DNA of 64,000 bases from Roseibacillus sp. GTDB lineage: Bacteria; Verrucomicrobiota; Verrucomicrobiia; Verrucomicrobiales; Akkermansiaceae. Below are positions 61,952 to 64,000 of this stretch, piece after piece. The notes under the pieces were generated by a model. That model searched no databases, was not told the origin of the DNA, and saw nothing but the letters and a program-made list of their open reading frames with translations. A program made the position numbers and the translations under genes. How positions within the stretch are numbered: the stretch's first letter is position 1; every line of letters starts with the position of its first letter. Location: the NCBI GenBank assembly GCA_051251855.1, contig JBPOGI010000001.1, positions 1,600,001 to 1,664,000 of the forward strand, read 5' to 3'.

Positions 61952-64000
61952 ATGAAATCAGAATTCATTACCCTCCTAGGGTCAGTGGCTCTTGCTCTCC
62001 CAGCATTCGGCCTCACGACCCACATTGGAGGCACAATCCTAAACGGCGACCTCGAGGCAGCGACTCTCGGTGACTTCGCTGGTAACCACGGCGGCACCAT
62101 CTCTACCGTTCAGAACCACACCACGGGCGGAGCTCAATCGGTGGCAGTCGACCTCACGGCTAACAACGGAGAGGGCCAATGGAAAGCCCTCTGCGACACG
62201 AACAATACTGGTCAATCTCAAATCGATATTGCGATCACTGATGATACTGAAGTGATCAGCCACTCGGTTTGGGTCTATATCCCTGCCGCAACCACCTTCG
62301 GCGGTAACACCGCTTTGAATATTGGGATCGAGGCTTCCAGTAACGGAACCGCTGGCCCTTACCCCAATGTCCCCAGCTCAGGAAGCAACCTCGAACTCAG
62401 CACCGCAGTCCGAAACACTTGGATCAAAGTAGAGAGAACAGACATCCCCATCCCTGCGGGAACGACCAACATACGCACCCGCTCTTACAACATCGCCACC
62501 GTCCAAACCCTCGCCGGCGGAACGATCAATGCATCCAACACCGATTCCTTTGGAGGAACAGGACTTCCCATGGCGGTTCCTGGCGATTGGATTGCTGATG
62601 GTTGGAGTGGAGTGGTCTACCTTGATGACTTCGAACTCACCACCGACACCGCACCTCCACCACCCGACCCCAACATTCTCATCTGTGAAGACGTTAATAA
62701 TGGCGATTTCGAAGCGGCCTCTTTGACTCCTTGGAACCCACGTCAAAGCACCGGTTTCATCGAAACCACTGTTGTTCATACGGGGCTTCAGTCCATGAAG
62801 ATTGACCTACAGCCCGCGAACGGCAACCAATGGAAATCACTGGGCCTCACCGGAGCCAACCAAATTAACGGCCCTGCCGTTGCCGGTGATCGTATCGAAG
62901 GCTCGGCTTGGATCTACATTCCAGCAGCCACTCAATTTGGCCCCAGCGGTTCGGAGGTCGCCAAACTAAACTTTGAAATAAGGAGCGACCGCAATATGCC
63001 AGCAACAGCAGGCAACGGTAATATCTTCGACGGATCTCTGACTGCAGACCTAACGACCTACGCCCGGGACACTTGGGTCAAACACGAGTTTCAAATTGTC
63101 GCAACTGATGGCGACCAAGCAATCACCACCATCAATACCAGCGGATGGAACCTCGAAACAGTGGCAGCTCCTGCTACAGATTACGTTGGAGAGATTTACA
63201 TCGATGACGTCACCCTCAAAAATATCGGTCCCGCTCCCGAAGGCGTCTTGGTCGATGATTCCACTCTGAATGGGGACATGGAAGGATTTGGATTGTCCCC
63301 ATGGACCTTCTCCGGAGCCGCTTCTACCTCCACAGACCAAAACCACACCGTTGGAGGCTCCCAGTCGCTCTCAGTTGACCTGACCGCCAACAATGGAAAC
63401 GCGCAATGGAAAGGAATAAAATCAGGAACCACTGCTCAAGATATCATCGCCCTTGGCCATGACAGAGCTGATATCAGCGCTTGGGTATACATCCCGGCTG
63501 CCACCACTTTTGGAGATACTGCGCGCATCAATCTTGTCGCTTGGGATGGCTCCGGCTTTGGAAATGGGTCCGCCAACCTCGACCTCACCACCGCGCCTCG
63601 TGACCAGTGGGTCGAAATTAGTTCCACCGAAATCGACATCAGTGGCTTCACCACCAACTTCGCCATCAACAACTGGAACCTACAAACCGTGACAATGGTA
63701 GGGGCAGCAGCGGATGTCCCAGCAGACGATCCTACCACCACTCCTCAGGACTGGATCGATGCCGGCTATGAAGGAGTCATCTATTTTGACGACGTCTTCG
63801 TGAGAACTTATTCCACGACCCCTGGGGTCGGCCCGATTTCCATCAATTCCTGCTCCTACGATCCTACAGGTGGAACGTCGGGAACGGGAGCAATGACCAT
63901 CAACTACAACACCTCTTTTGACTTCGGAGTAGATGTTTACTCAACTGTCGATTTCATCACTTGGGATGACGAGAGTTTTGTGGATGGAGCAGGCACTAAC
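61952..64000 (+). CDS. Secreted protein with three CBM-like beta-sandwich repeats (runs off the window)
   Basis: Not in the ORF track; open for 683 codons from MKSEFITLLGSVALALPAFG; three units NGD.E...QS...DL...QWK...W.YIPAAT.FG...R..W...Y.DD. Confidence 0.85.
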   Translation, partial: MKSEFITLLGSVALALPAFGLTTHIGGTILNGDLEAATLGDFAGNHGGTISTVQNHTTGGAQSVAVDLTANNGEGQWKALCDTNNTGQSQIDIAITDDTEVISHSVWVYIPAATTFGGNTALNIGIEASSNGTAGPYPNVPSSGSNLELSTAVRNTWIKVERTDIPIPAGTTNIRTRSYNIATVQTLAGGTINASNTDSFGGTGLPMAVPGDWIADGWSGVVYLDDFELTTDTAPPPPDPNILICEDVNNGDFEAASLTPWNPRQSTGFIETTVVHTGLQSMKIDLQPANGNQWKSLGLTGANQINGPAVAGDRIEGSAWIYIPAATQFGPSGSEVAKLNFEIRSDRNMPATAGNGNIFDGSLTADLTTYARDTWVKHEFQIVATDGDQAITTINTSGWNLETVAAPATDYVGEIYIDDVTLKNIGPAPEGVLVDDSTLNGDMEGFGLSPWTFSGAASTSTDQNHTVGGSQSLSVDLTANNGNAQWKGIKSGTTAQDIIALGHDRADISAWVYIPAATTFGDTARINLVAWDGSGFGNGSANLDLTTAPRDQWVEISSTEIDISGFTTNFAINNWNLQTVTMVGAAADVPADDPTTTPQDWIDAGYEGVIYFDDVFVRTYSTTPGVGPISINSCSYDPTGGTSGTGAMTINYNTSFDFGVDVYSTVDFITWDDESFVDGAGTN

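Overview
Bacterial chromosomal segment, most likely Verrucomicrobiota (a PVC small basic signature protein gene is present, plus a sulfatase, FG-GAP proteins and an SHD1-domain protein). It is mostly core genome: the tRNA-Thr-tuf-tRNA-Trp-secE-nusG-rplKAJL-rpoB(5' part) cluster, sucAB, msrA, acs, nrtR-pncA, trpEG, guaAB, riboflavin synthase, aas-like, lpxK, hemL and asnS, with large secreted proteins at the right end. An accessory islet follows tRNA-Ser (about 28.1-36.8 kb). Its most striking part is a 1.52-kb unit (28285-29804) in which an AAA ATPase-wHTH-PD-(D/E)XK gene is bracketed exactly by two ~49-bp palindromes in inverted orientation, each built from 10-bp-phased ATAAGT hexamers, with a candidate 7-bp target-site duplication. 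This is IS-like architecture without a transposase. Also seen: a dispersed REP/REPIN-like repeat family, tandem NrtR operators, a PIN toxin-antitoxin-like operon with promoter and operator, structured RNAs in the ribosomal protein operon, many apparent leaderless promoters, and three genes missed by the ORF track (rpoB, the 51-aa PVC protein and a CBM-repeat protein). Family assignments come from motif recognition by eye, not database searches.
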